Shown here: one piece after another, positions 9,331-17,972 of the stretch
Layout of the letters: each line of letters starts with the position of its first letter
Numbering within the stretch: the first letter of the stretch is position 1
Assembly: GCA_963535155.1 (NCBI GenBank)
Contig: CAUSVW010000006.1
Span: forward strand, 3,847-67,846
Length of the DNA: 64,000 nucleotides
DNA from: an uncultured Atopobium sp.
Lineage (GTDB): Bacteria; Actinomycetota; Coriobacteriia; Coriobacteriales; Atopobiaceae
Direction: 5' to 3'
Notes under the pieces: model-generated
What the model saw: the letters and a program-made list of their open reading frames with translations, nothing else
The model's database searches: none
Told to the model about the DNA's origin: nothing
Translations under genes and position numbers: made by a program

Positions 9331-9846
9331 ATGAGTTCTTCTCAAAAAGAAACACAGTCCGTTGCAGCCGCTAGCACTTTTGCTAGCGGCTCTTCTACAC
9401 TCGACAACTCCCCCGATATCCCCGAGCTTCTCCTCAAAAACCAGCTCTGCTTCCCGCTCTACAGTGCCTCAAAAGAGGTGGTGCGCAGGTATACGCCGCT
9501 GCTTAAGCCCTTTAATCTAACGTATACACAATACATTGCCATGATGGCGCTCTGGGAACATGAATCCTTGGATGTCAAAACCTTAGGTGAGCTTTTATTT
9601 CTTGATTCAGGTACCTTGACTCCACTTCTTAAAAAGCTTGAAGAGAAGAGCCTTGTCCTGCGTCAAAAGACAGACAAAGACGGACGTCAGCTGATTGTTT
9701 CCCTCACCCAAAAAGGCAAAGACCTTAGGCGAGAAATGCAAATAGTCCCACATCAGATTGGCTCATGCGTTAATCTCTTGCCCGAAGAAGGCGCTGAGCT
9801 TAAACGGTTGCTTTTAAAAGTTCTCTCTAACGTTACGGAAAGCTAG
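9331..9846 (+). CDS. ohrR: MarR-family regulator, OhrR type
   Basis: QLCFPLYSAS redox Cys motif, LTYTQY, LDSGTLTPLLKKLE. Confidence 0.85.
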   Translation: MSSSQKETQSVAAASTFASGSSTLDNSPDIPELLLKNQLCFPLYSASKEVVRRYTPLLKPFNLTYTQYIAMMALWEHESLDVKTLGELLFLDSGTLTPLLKKLEEKSLVLRQKTDKDGRQLIVSLTQKGKDLRREMQIVPHQIGSCVNLLPEEGAELKRLLLKVLSNVTES

Positions 9847-9853
9847 ATTTACT

Positions 9854-11026
9854 ATGACCCAATCACAGGTAACTATAACCTCTTCTGAACGTGAAACCGC
9901 CATTGTACGCACTAGCGCCATTGGCATTACAGCCAATGTTGCACTTGCGGCATTCAAAGCAGCTGTGGGCATTTTATCTAACTCGATTGCTGTTACTCTT
10001 GATGCGGTGAACAATCTCTCCGATGCAATTTCATCAATCATCACCATTGTGGGAACCAAACTCTCTAACAAAAAAGCTGATCGCGAGCACCCCTTTGGAC
10101 ACGGACGCATCGAATACATCACTACAACAGTAATTGCTGCAATCATTATGTATGCAGGTATCTCTTCACTTATTAAATCTATCCAAGACATCATGGATCC
10201 TGTTACTCCAGACTATAGTCCCCTATCTTTAGTCATCATTGCAGTAGCTGTGCTCGTAAAGATTATTTTGGGTCACTACGTCCGCTCTGTAGGTAATCAG
10301 GTAAACTCCGACACCCTTATTGCTTCAGGCTCTGACGCACTTTTTGACGCTACACTCTCCACTTCTGTTTTAGCAGCTGCGCTTATTTTTATCTTTACGG
10401 GGATTAGCATTGAGGCATACGTAGGTATTGTTATCTCTGTATTTATCATTAAAGCTTCAATTGAGTTGTTACAGGGGTCTATCAAAGAAATTATTGGAAT
10501 GCGTCCCGATGCAGCTCTTTCAACGCTCATTTATGATGTTGTAAAAGATGATCCAGATGCAGAAGGTGTTTACGACCTCATTATCCACAGCTATGGCCCA
10601 GATAAATTTGTTGGCTCATTTCATACTGAGGTTCTTGATACCACTTCAGCTATTGAGATTGATACGATGACTCGTCGCCTGAGTACAGAGATTTACAAGC
10701 AGACATCAGGCAAAATAATCATTGCTGCCATTGGTATTTATGCGAGAAACACTACCGATGATCGCATTGTAAAAATGCGTACTGAAGTAACTGAAATGGC
10801 TTTAGCTCATGAAGGTGTTCTTCAAGTTCATGGCTTTATTGCTGACATTGAAAACCAATTTATGGCCTTTGATGCAGTCATTGAGTTCGGCTATGACGGT
10901 AAGCAAATCGTCCACGATATTATTCATGAAGTAGAGGCAGCCTACCCTGACATGAATGTCTCGGTTCTTTTGGACCGCGATACAAGCGATCTTTCTGAAC
11001 ATGAAGAAGACAGAGACTTGCACTAA
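9854..11026 (+). CDS. Cation diffusion facilitator (CDF) transporter
   Basis: DAVNNLSD, ADREHPFGHGRIEY, six TM segments and a C-terminal dimerisation domain. Confidence 0.92.
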   Translation: MTQSQVTITSSERETAIVRTSAIGITANVALAAFKAAVGILSNSIAVTLDAVNNLSDAISSIITIVGTKLSNKKADREHPFGHGRIEYITTTVIAAIIMYAGISSLIKSIQDIMDPVTPDYSPLSLVIIAVAVLVKIILGHYVRSVGNQVNSDTLIASGSDALFDATLSTSVLAAALIFIFTGISIEAYVGIVISVFIIKASIELLQGSIKEIIGMRPDAALSTLIYDVVKDDPDAEGVYDLIIHSYGPDKFVGSFHTEVLDTTSAIEIDTMTRRLSTEIYKQTSGKIIIAAIGIYARNTTDDRIVKMRTEVTEMALAHEGVLQVHGFIADIENQFMAFDAVIEFGYDGKQIVHDIIHEVEAAYPDMNVSVLLDRDTSDLSEHEEDRDLH

Positions 11027-11044
11027 AAGCAGGTAAAAACATCC

Positions 11045-11166
11045 TAAAAAAGGGGCGAGCCGCTGACACCCAGAGTCAGCGGCTCGTGTTCTACGCTCGC
11101 AAGAAAGGGAGAGGGTCTTTCTCCGAGCTACGGGAACCTGAATAAAGCAAGCAAGTAAATTGCTTA
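11045..11166 (-). ncRNA. Candidate standalone metal-regulated sRNA (copy 2) with a CCCUCUCC loop
   Basis: Promoter TTGTAA-17-TACTAT containing an operator; three hairpins, the middle one with loop ACCCTCTCC; 12-bp terminator stem CGAGCCGCTGAC/GTCAGCGGCTCG then CCCCUUUUUU; no downstream gene on this strand. Confidence 0.55.
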
Positions 11167-11171
11167 AAAAC

Positions 11172-11200
11172 ATAGTAAGTTAACCGTGGGAAACTTACAA
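11172..11200 (-). promoter_or_regulatory. Promoter with a metal-repressor box in the spacer
   Basis: -35 TTGTAA (11200-11195), -10 TACTAT (11177-11172); palindrome GTAAGTT-AACCGTGGGA-AACTTAC. Confidence 0.6.
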
Positions 11201-11379
11201 GAATCAATTCAGTTTTTTTATCTAATTTCGTAAATTCTACAAAAAGTTAGACTAAGTTTACATGTCTATGGATTTTTATCTTATATCAAGAAAGTCCGAG
11301 ATAAACGTGTATTCTCGCCCTTGTTTTTGAATGACCTTTTCAAACATACCTGCCTCTGGTGCACTGTTAAAATTGGCAC

Positions 11380-11413
11380 AAAAAATCCCCCGCGCCGAAT
11401 TGGTACGGGGGAT
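11380..11413 (-). terminator. Terminator after feoB
   Basis: ATCCCCCG...CGGGGGAT stem with a U6 tract on the minus strand. Confidence 0.8.
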
Positions 11414-11441
11414 CAGGTCAGCGTACTCAGCTAGTAGTAGC

Positions 11442-14102
11442 TTATGCCTTTGCAACCTCGGTAAGGTTGGTAAGGATCTTGTCGTCCTTCTTATCCCACT
11501 TTGGAGCAGGACGGAAGAGCTGGAAGAGAATTGCTGCCAAGAAGGCAAAAGCAATAACAGTCCAGATACCAAAGGAACCAAGAACGAAGAACTCCCAGAA
11601 CTGGTTGATGATAAGACCAACAATCCATGCAAATACGCACTGATAGCCAATAGCAAACCAGAACCACTTAGAGTCATTCATCTGACGACGGATGGAACCA
11701 ACTGCAGCGAAGCAAGGTGCATCAAGCATATTGAATGCAACAAATGCGCACATTGCACCAACGTGAAGAATGCCACCAGCATCGGTGAACATACCAGCGA
11801 AACCAGACCACATAGTAACGGACTTCTCACTTGCATCGCCAAGACCGTAAAGAACACCAAAGGTAGAAACTAGGTTCTCTTTTGCAATCAGAGCAGAGAT
11901 GGAAGCTGCAGTTGCCTGCCAGTTTGCAAATCCAAGAGGAGCAAAGATAACGCCAATGAAGCCACCAACAGCTGCAAGCAGGGAGAAGTCCATGACATTC
12001 TCAGGAGCGCCCTCGATGCCTGGAAGGTAACCAAAGACACCGTTTGCACCCTCCCAGGTTGCCCAACCAAAGTTGGAAAGAACCCAGATACCAATAGCTG
12101 CTGCGAAGATGATGGTACCAGCCTTAAGGATGTATGCAGAGATACGCTCCCAAACATGCATTGCCCAAGACTTGATAGAAGGCATGTGGTAATCAGGAAG
12201 CTCCATAACAAATGGTGCAGGCTCGCCCTCAAATGCCTTAGTCTTCTTCAGCATGATTGCAGAAATAACAATCATTGCAACGCCAAGGAAGTAGAAAGCA
12301 GGAGCAACCCACCAAGCAGAAGTGCCACCAATAAGAACACCCATAACCAAAGCAATGATTGGCTGCTTTGCGGAGCAAGGAATCATGGTGGTGAGCATTG
12401 CAGTCATACGGCGGTCCTTCTCGTTCTCAATGGTACGAGTAGAAAGAACGCCAGGAACACCACAGCCAGAAGAAATCAGAAGTGGAATGAAGGACTTGCC
12501 GGACAGGCCAAAGCGACGGAACACGCGGTCCATAACAAAGGCAACACGGCTCATGTAACCGCAGTCCTCAAGGAAGCACAGCATGACAAAAAGAACAAGC
12601 ATCTGTGGAATGAAGCCAAGGACAGAGCCAACGCCGCCGATAATACCGTCAACTACAAGGCTAGTGACAACGGGGCTTGCGCCAGCACCTTCAAGAGCAC
12701 CGCGAGCAAGATCAGGAATACCTGGGACATACATGCCATACGCAGAAGCTTCTGGCTCAGTAGCAGCGCCTTCAACAGCAGTCTTAAAACCAGCGGCAGT
12801 TACGCCACCAAGAGTCTGGAGTTCCTGACCCTCAGCAAGAATTGGGTTGCCGTCAGCATCAAGCTTAAGAGGATTGTCGTCAGTATCAACGAAGTTGCCG
12901 TCCTCATCATGAACTGGTGCGCTCAGAGCAATAACGCTCTTCTTGGCAGTCTCTGCCTCAAAGCTGGTGATAGCGTCAGAATCCCACTGTTTAGCCGCGA
13001 TTGCAGCACGAACCTCAGTGGTATCAATACCAGCCTCGTCAGCTGCGTTGAGATACGCGTCAATCTGGTCACCATAGTGATGAGAGTCAAACTCATCTTT
13101 TGCCTCATTATACTCGGCGTCGCCGATACCCATGAAGTGGAAACCCTTGTCAAACAGGTTGTCGTTGACCCAATCAGTAGCTCCCGTACCAACGGTAGAA
13201 ATGGAGATGAAGTAAACAAGAGCCATGATGATGACGAAGATAGGAAGACCAAGGATACGGTTAGTAACAACACGGTCAATCTTCTCGGAAGTAGTCAGCT
13301 GCTTTGGAGCCTTCTTGACGCAAGCTGCCATAACGCCGGCAATCCACTCATAACGATCAGAAGTGATGATGGACTCAGCATCGTCGTCACGAGACTTCTC
13401 AACTGCAGCAATAATCTTCTCAAGCTCTGCGGTCTTCTCGGCAGAAAGGTTAAGAGGAGCAATTGCATTTGCATCGCGCTCAAAGACCTTAATGGAGTAC
13501 CAACGAGAAAGAGATGCAGGAGCAAGACCCTCGATTGCAGTAGCAATCTTGCCAAGAGCCTCTTCAACCTCTGGGGTAAAGCACTTAACACCCTCAGCAG
13601 GAGTTCCCTCCTGGCCAGCCTTAATTGCAGTCTTTACCAGAGTATCAATGTTCTTGTTACGAAGTGCGGAGACCTCAACAACCTCAACGCCAAGCTGCTT
13701 AGAAAGCTCTGCGGTGTCAATGACGTCACCAGACTCCTTAAGAAGGTCAACCATGTTTAGGCCAAGGACAACTGGACGACCAGCCTCAAGAATCTGAGTA
13801 GTCAGATAAAGATTGCGCTCCAGGTTGGTAACATCGAGAAGGTCAATGATGGCGTCTGGGCGCTCATTAATGAGGTAGTCACGAGATACCTGCTCCTCAG
13901 GTGAATATGGAGACAGAGAGTAAATACCAGGAAGGTCGACAAAGGTGACGTCCTTATCGGCACGCCAGTTTGCCTGCTTCTTCTCAACAGTAACGCCAGG
14001 CCAGTTGCCGACGTAACCGTTTGAGCCCGTAAGCTCATTGAATAGGGTGGTCTTACCGCAGTTTGGGTTACCTGCAAGACCAATAATAGTCTTTTGTGCC
14101 AT
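11442..14102 (-). CDS. feoB: Ferrous iron transporter FeoB
   Basis: GNPNCGKT, VGNWPGVTVE, DLPGIYSL, LEDCGYMSR, AKENLVST. Confidence 0.97.
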   Translation of the reverse strand: MAQKTIIGLAGNPNCGKTTLFNELTGSNGYVGNWPGVTVEKKQANWRADKDVTFVDLPGIYSLSPYSPEEQVSRDYLINERPDAIIDLLDVTNLERNLYLTTQILEAGRPVVLGLNMVDLLKESGDVIDTAELSKQLGVEVVEVSALRNKNIDTLVKTAIKAGQEGTPAEGVKCFTPEVEEALGKIATAIEGLAPASLSRWYSIKVFERDANAIAPLNLSAEKTAELEKIIAAVEKSRDDDAESIITSDRYEWIAGVMAACVKKAPKQLTTSEKIDRVVTNRILGLPIFVIIMALVYFISISTVGTGATDWVNDNLFDKGFHFMGIGDAEYNEAKDEFDSHHYGDQIDAYLNAADEAGIDTTEVRAAIAAKQWDSDAITSFEAETAKKSVIALSAPVHDEDGNFVDTDDNPLKLDADGNPILAEGQELQTLGGVTAAGFKTAVEGAATEPEASAYGMYVPGIPDLARGALEGAGASPVVTSLVVDGIIGGVGSVLGFIPQMLVLFVMLCFLEDCGYMSRVAFVMDRVFRRFGLSGKSFIPLLISSGCGVPGVLSTRTIENEKDRRMTAMLTTMIPCSAKQPIIALVMGVLIGGTSAWWVAPAFYFLGVAMIVISAIMLKKTKAFEGEPAPFVMELPDYHMPSIKSWAMHVWERISAYILKAGTIIFAAAIGIWVLSNFGWATWEGANGVFGYLPGIEGAPENVMDFSLLAAVGGFIGVIFAPLGFANWQATAASISALIAKENLVSTFGVLYGLGDASEKSVTMWSGFAGMFTDAGGILHVGAMCAFVAFNMLDAPCFAAVGSIRRQMNDSKWFWFAIGYQCVFAWIVGLIINQFWEFFVLGSFGIWTVIAFAFLAAILFQLFRPAPKWDKKDDKILTNLTEVAKA

Positions 14103-14347
14103 TAGGCTTCCTCTACCTTGTGAACGTCTACTACTTCAATGCTTGCAGCCTCATCCTTACGGATAGAAAGCTCGTAGCCACGAACTGTGAGCTCAATTGG
14201 GTCTCCCAGTGGTGCTACCTTTTTGACGTAAACCTCAGTGCCCTTAGTAAGGCCCATGTCCATAATGCGACGTTTCACGGCGCCTACACCCTTTAGCGCA
14301 GCAACCGTGCAACTCTCCCCCACCTTAACTTCTTTCAGAGTTGCCAT
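14102..14347 (-). CDS. feoA: FeoA
   Basis: RRIMDMGLTKG..APLGDPIEL.VRGYELSIRKDEA. Confidence 0.95.
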   Translation of the reverse strand: MATLKEVKVGESCTVAALKGVGAVKRRIMDMGLTKGTEVYVKKVAPLGDPIELTVRGYELSIRKDEAASIEVVDVHKVEEA

Positions 14348-14416
14348 AACCTTCCTTTCATCGAAACACGTATTAAAAGCCGCGGGTTTTACCAGCAGCG
14401 CAATACAACAAAGTGT

Positions 14417-14683
14417 TTAGAGCGGAGAAACCATGATGTGCGAAGACATCTGACGGTTCAGTCCTAGTCGTGCACCCTTAACGCTGACAATAACATCACC
14501 ATTGACACGTGAAATAACCTTTACCTCGGCGCCCTCAACAAAACCAAGTGTTGAGAGGTGCTGGCGAAGATCAGAAGCACCCTTAACCGTTACGATCAAC
14601 GCAGTCTCTCCCTCACCAAGCATGGCAAGAGGAAGAACTGGACCAGAATTCGCAGGACCCTGTGAGGTCTTTTCTGTATCCAT
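14417..14683 (-). CDS. feoA: FeoA domain protein (second copy)
   Basis: RQHLSTLGFVEGAEVKV..GDVIVSVKGARLGL; directly upstream of feoA-feoB. Confidence 0.88.
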   Translation of the reverse strand: MDTEKTSQGPANSGPVLPLAMLGEGETALIVTVKGASDLRQHLSTLGFVEGAEVKVISRVNGDVIVSVKGARLGLNRQMSSHIMVSPL

Positions 14684-14712
14684 GCATCCCCCAAAATAAC
14701 GTAGGCAAACTA

Positions 14713-14772
14713 AGTTTGCTCTTTCGAACTTTTACTTCATTAGTATCAACTAAAAGTTAAGGTAATTCAACT
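14713..14772 (-). promoter_or_regulatory. feo promoter region with tandem metal-repressor boxes
   Basis: AGTTTG-CTCTTT-CGAACT (14713-14730), CATTAG-TATCAA-CTAAAA (14738-14755), AGTTAA-GGTAAT-TCAACT (14755-14772); possible TTGAAT-17-GATACT promoter. Confidence 0.6.
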
Positions 14773-14791
14773 TTCATTTAACAATTAAACT

Positions 14792-14835
14792 AAAAAGAAG
14801 GCGAGAAACTCTGTCTACCAGTGGTTTCTCGCCTT
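14792..14835 (-). terminator. Terminator after ppc, built from inverted copies of the GTTTCTCGCC motif
   Basis: 12-bp perfect stem AAGGCGAGAAAC/GTTTCTCGCCTT followed by CUUUUU on the minus strand. Confidence 0.75.
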
Positions 14836-14923
14836 GTAAATATTGCAACTTTATTTCAGGTAATACTAGTTTTACGTAAACATAAACGATTGTTTGCTCA
14901 AGCATACGGCAAGCGGCGTGATA

Positions 14924-17791
14924 TCAGCCTGTATTCTGCAGACCTGCGGCAACACCAGACACGGTGCACAGAATTAGGTAGGTAATATTTGCACGCTCCT
15001 CTGGAGTAAGCATGTCATCTCTTGTACGAAGCTCAGATAGGGCATGTACCTGCGTAACCGAGAGAATATTAACAAACGGCAGACGCAGGCGGATAACAGG
15101 ACCAAGCACGCGACGGTTCTCCAACGGCCACTTGTTACCGGTGATAGCAAGGACCCACTTGCGCGTCAACGACATCTCGGAGAGAACCATCTCCGAAAGT
15201 TCAGGGCGATCACCCAGAGCCAGATAAAGCCTTGCAATACGAGCATCAATCTTGGAGATTGACATTTCAATGTTGTCGATAAACGTAGTGAACAGCGGCC
15301 ACTCTCTATATGCCTCACGGAGGCGTTCGATATCCCCTACTGCCTCGCAGGCACTGCCCAGTCCGTACCAAGCAGCCAGGTTGATACGAGCCTGTGACCA
15401 GGAGAAAATCCATGGAATAGCACGCAAGTCATCAAGAGACTTGGCGCCCAGGCCACGTTTTGCAGGTCTTGAACCAATGGGGAGAAGACCAATCTCTGTC
15501 AGAGGGGTAACAACCGAGAACCACTCAGCAAAGCCATCGGAGTGAATGAGCTCCAAGAAACGCTGCTTGGACGCTTTATCAAGCTCAGAAGCGAGCGAAG
15601 CAAACTTCACGTCTGTCTGGGTATTCTTCTGTTCAATAGAAGGTGCCATCTGAAGCAGTGTTGCTCCAGCAACGGACTCTACGTGACGGCGAGCGAGCGT
15701 TGGGTCACCATAGCGAGCAAAAATAACTTCTCCCTGCTCAGTAAGTTTAAAGCGACCGTTGACTGAGCCTTTGGGCTGAGAAAGAACAGCACGGTTTGCA
15801 GGACCACCGCCACGACCAACTGCACCGCCACGTCCGTGCATCAAGATGAGGTCAATGGAGTTCTTCTCTGCCCACTCTGCCAAAGCAGCCTGGGTCTTAT
15901 GCAGTACCAATGTTGCCGTAGTTGGTCCCTCGTCCTTCGAGGAATCGGAATAGCCCAGCATGACCTCAAGCTTGCGGCCTGTCTGAGCAAGACGCGACTG
16001 CACCTCAGGAAGCTGAATTACCTGGTCAAGTGTAGTAACAGCGTTTTCAAGGTCTTCAATTTGCTCAAAGAGCGGAATAACGTCTAGTACAGGAACGTCT
16101 TCTTCATTTGCAAACGCAAGACGTGCAAGCTTATAGACATTCTCAACATCCTGAGCAGACTGCGTAAACGAAATAATATAGCGACGAGCAGCGTTAATGC
16201 CGTTCTTCTTTTGAATTGATCCAATGGAGCGGAAGGTATCTAGCACCTCCTGCGTCATAGCATCAAGTTTGGCGGGTTTCTCGGCAGTTGAGGGGTGTGC
16301 CTCAATATCTGCAAGTGCACGCTTGTGCACCAAAGAGTGCTGACGGAACTCCATCTCTACCAAGTGGAAGCCAAAAGTTTGAGCCTGCCAGATAAGCTTC
16401 TGAACAGGACCGTAGGCAATACGGAAAGCCCCTGCTTGAGCCAGTGAATCCTGAATAACACGCAGATCAGCAATAAACTCTTCAGCGTTTTGATACATCA
16501 GGTCAGCATTGCGCTCAATGGTGGCGCTAAGTCGGCCAGAAATGACGCGCATTGCCGCACGGTGCAACTCAGACCCAGCCTTATCAATAGCCCTTGAGGT
16601 CAGGGCCTGGCTCATTTCTACCTGCTGTGCCCAAAGATTGACAAGCGCAGGCGAAGCTGGAGTAGAAATACCATCAAGCGTCAGACCTCGACTGACTTCC
16701 TTGGTAGCCTGAGCCAGTGCCTGCAGTACGTGTACGCGGTACTTCTCGGCAACTTGGCGAGAAACCAGGGCGGTAACATTAGGGTTACCGTCGCGGTCGG
16801 AGCCAATCCAGCTACCTGGACGGAAAAATGGTGGGCAGACAGGCGACACACAACCAGCGTTTTCTCCCAGCACCCAGTTATCAAAGCGGCGATATACCGA
16901 AGGAACCATCTCAAAAAGGGTGGTATCAAAAATGTTGAGGACAGTATCTGCCTCCTCCAAAGGAGTTGGCTTTTTATGACCGATAGGAGACGTACGGAAT
17001 AGGCCGTCAATCTCTTGCAGCATGCGACGCTCGTTTTCCACACGAGCAGGACCACCAAGCCTCTGACGCTCATCAAGAAGCTCTGAGATGGTGCGGATTC
17101 GGCGCTCAACGTTTTTACGACGAGCCTCAGTTGGGTGCGCGGTAAAGACGGGGTGGAACTCAAGACGATTAAGACGTGCTTTTGCCTCTTCTTCACCGCA
17201 CTCGTCAATAAGCTGTCTGTATGCAACGGTTATCTCATTGATAGGGTCTTCTGCAGAAGACGGATCAACAGAAGCCTCACGAGAGCGCAGACTGGTAACG
17301 CGATAATTCTCTTCACAAAGATTTGCTAAGTGGAAGAAAGTTACAAATGCGCGCATGAGAAGCACGGAGTCTTCCATGCTTAGGTTGTCAATGGTAGAAG
17401 CAAAACGCAGAAAAGCATTAAGCGATTCCTTCTCTGAATCTACTTTGAGTACTGCATTGATTGCCTCAAGCAGCAAAGGTGCGCGAGTTGTAGACAAATC
17501 ATCTGGTCCAGCTTTAATTGCCTCAACCAACAACGTGTCAAAACTAGTAAGAAGATCTGGATTGTACTCAGCAAGCACTTTTCTTACCAAACGCAAAAAG
17601 AAGGTAAGATTATCGCGCAGAGGAGCTGGCGCTTTAAGCGCTTGAATAAGGGTACGAGCAGCAGCAATCTCATTCCCGCGTCGTTCAAGAAGCGACTGAG
17701 CTACTTCAGAAGTTGTTGCACCATCGATGGGTTTCTCGTCAAAAGAAGCATTGCTGGACTCTAGATTTGAATCTTGAGGATTGCCTGCCAT
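14924..17791 (-). CDS. ppc: Phosphoenolpyruvate carboxylase
   Basis: VFTAHPTEA, GSWIGSDRDGNP, VMLGYSDSSKD, HGRGGAVGRGG, LRAIPW, C-terminal LQNTG; start chosen by the GAAAGGA RBS. Confidence 0.97.
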   Translation of the reverse strand: MAGNPQDSNLESSNASFDEKPIDGATTSEVAQSLLERRGNEIAAARTLIQALKAPAPLRDNLTFFLRLVRKVLAEYNPDLLTSFDTLLVEAIKAGPDDLSTTRAPLLLEAINAVLKVDSEKESLNAFLRFASTIDNLSMEDSVLLMRAFVTFFHLANLCEENYRVTSLRSREASVDPSSAEDPINEITVAYRQLIDECGEEEAKARLNRLEFHPVFTAHPTEARRKNVERRIRTISELLDERQRLGGPARVENERRMLQEIDGLFRTSPIGHKKPTPLEEADTVLNIFDTTLFEMVPSVYRRFDNWVLGENAGCVSPVCPPFFRPGSWIGSDRDGNPNVTALVSRQVAEKYRVHVLQALAQATKEVSRGLTLDGISTPASPALVNLWAQQVEMSQALTSRAIDKAGSELHRAAMRVISGRLSATIERNADLMYQNAEEFIADLRVIQDSLAQAGAFRIAYGPVQKLIWQAQTFGFHLVEMEFRQHSLVHKRALADIEAHPSTAEKPAKLDAMTQEVLDTFRSIGSIQKKNGINAARRYIISFTQSAQDVENVYKLARLAFANEEDVPVLDVIPLFEQIEDLENAVTTLDQVIQLPEVQSRLAQTGRKLEVMLGYSDSSKDEGPTTATLVLHKTQAALAEWAEKNSIDLILMHGRGGAVGRGGGPANRAVLSQPKGSVNGRFKLTEQGEVIFARYGDPTLARRHVESVAGATLLQMAPSIEQKNTQTDVKFASLASELDKASKQRFLELIHSDGFAEWFSVVTPLTEIGLLPIGSRPAKRGLGAKSLDDLRAIPWIFSWSQARINLAAWYGLGSACEAVGDIERLREAYREWPLFTTFIDNIEMSISKIDARIARLYLALGDRPELSEMVLSEMSLTRKWVLAITGNKWPLENRRVLGPVIRLRLPFVNILSVTQVHALSELRTRDDMLTPEERANITYLILCTVSGVAAGLQNTG

Positions 17792-17972
17792 GCTCATCCT
17801 TTCGTCACATGACTCAGAATACGTACTATCTACCATACCCTTTTGTAACAATCTTCGCACGATTGTTTGTCAATCTGTTACCTAATGTACATCGTGGACT
17901 ACAATCGATATAACAAATAAAAATTGATATATCAAAGTTTCTGGCCACGTTAAAGAAGATTTTAGGTTTTAC

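Noticed and set aside
10802..11677. Minus-strand ORFs 10802-11173 and 11276-11677
   Set aside because: They overlap the CDF or feoB genes and cross terminator hairpins; no RBS
12156..13760. 534-aa plus-strand ORF antisense to feoB
   Set aside because: Antisense shadow of a conserved gene; the same applies to 23802-24557, 39165-40172 and 58108-58941
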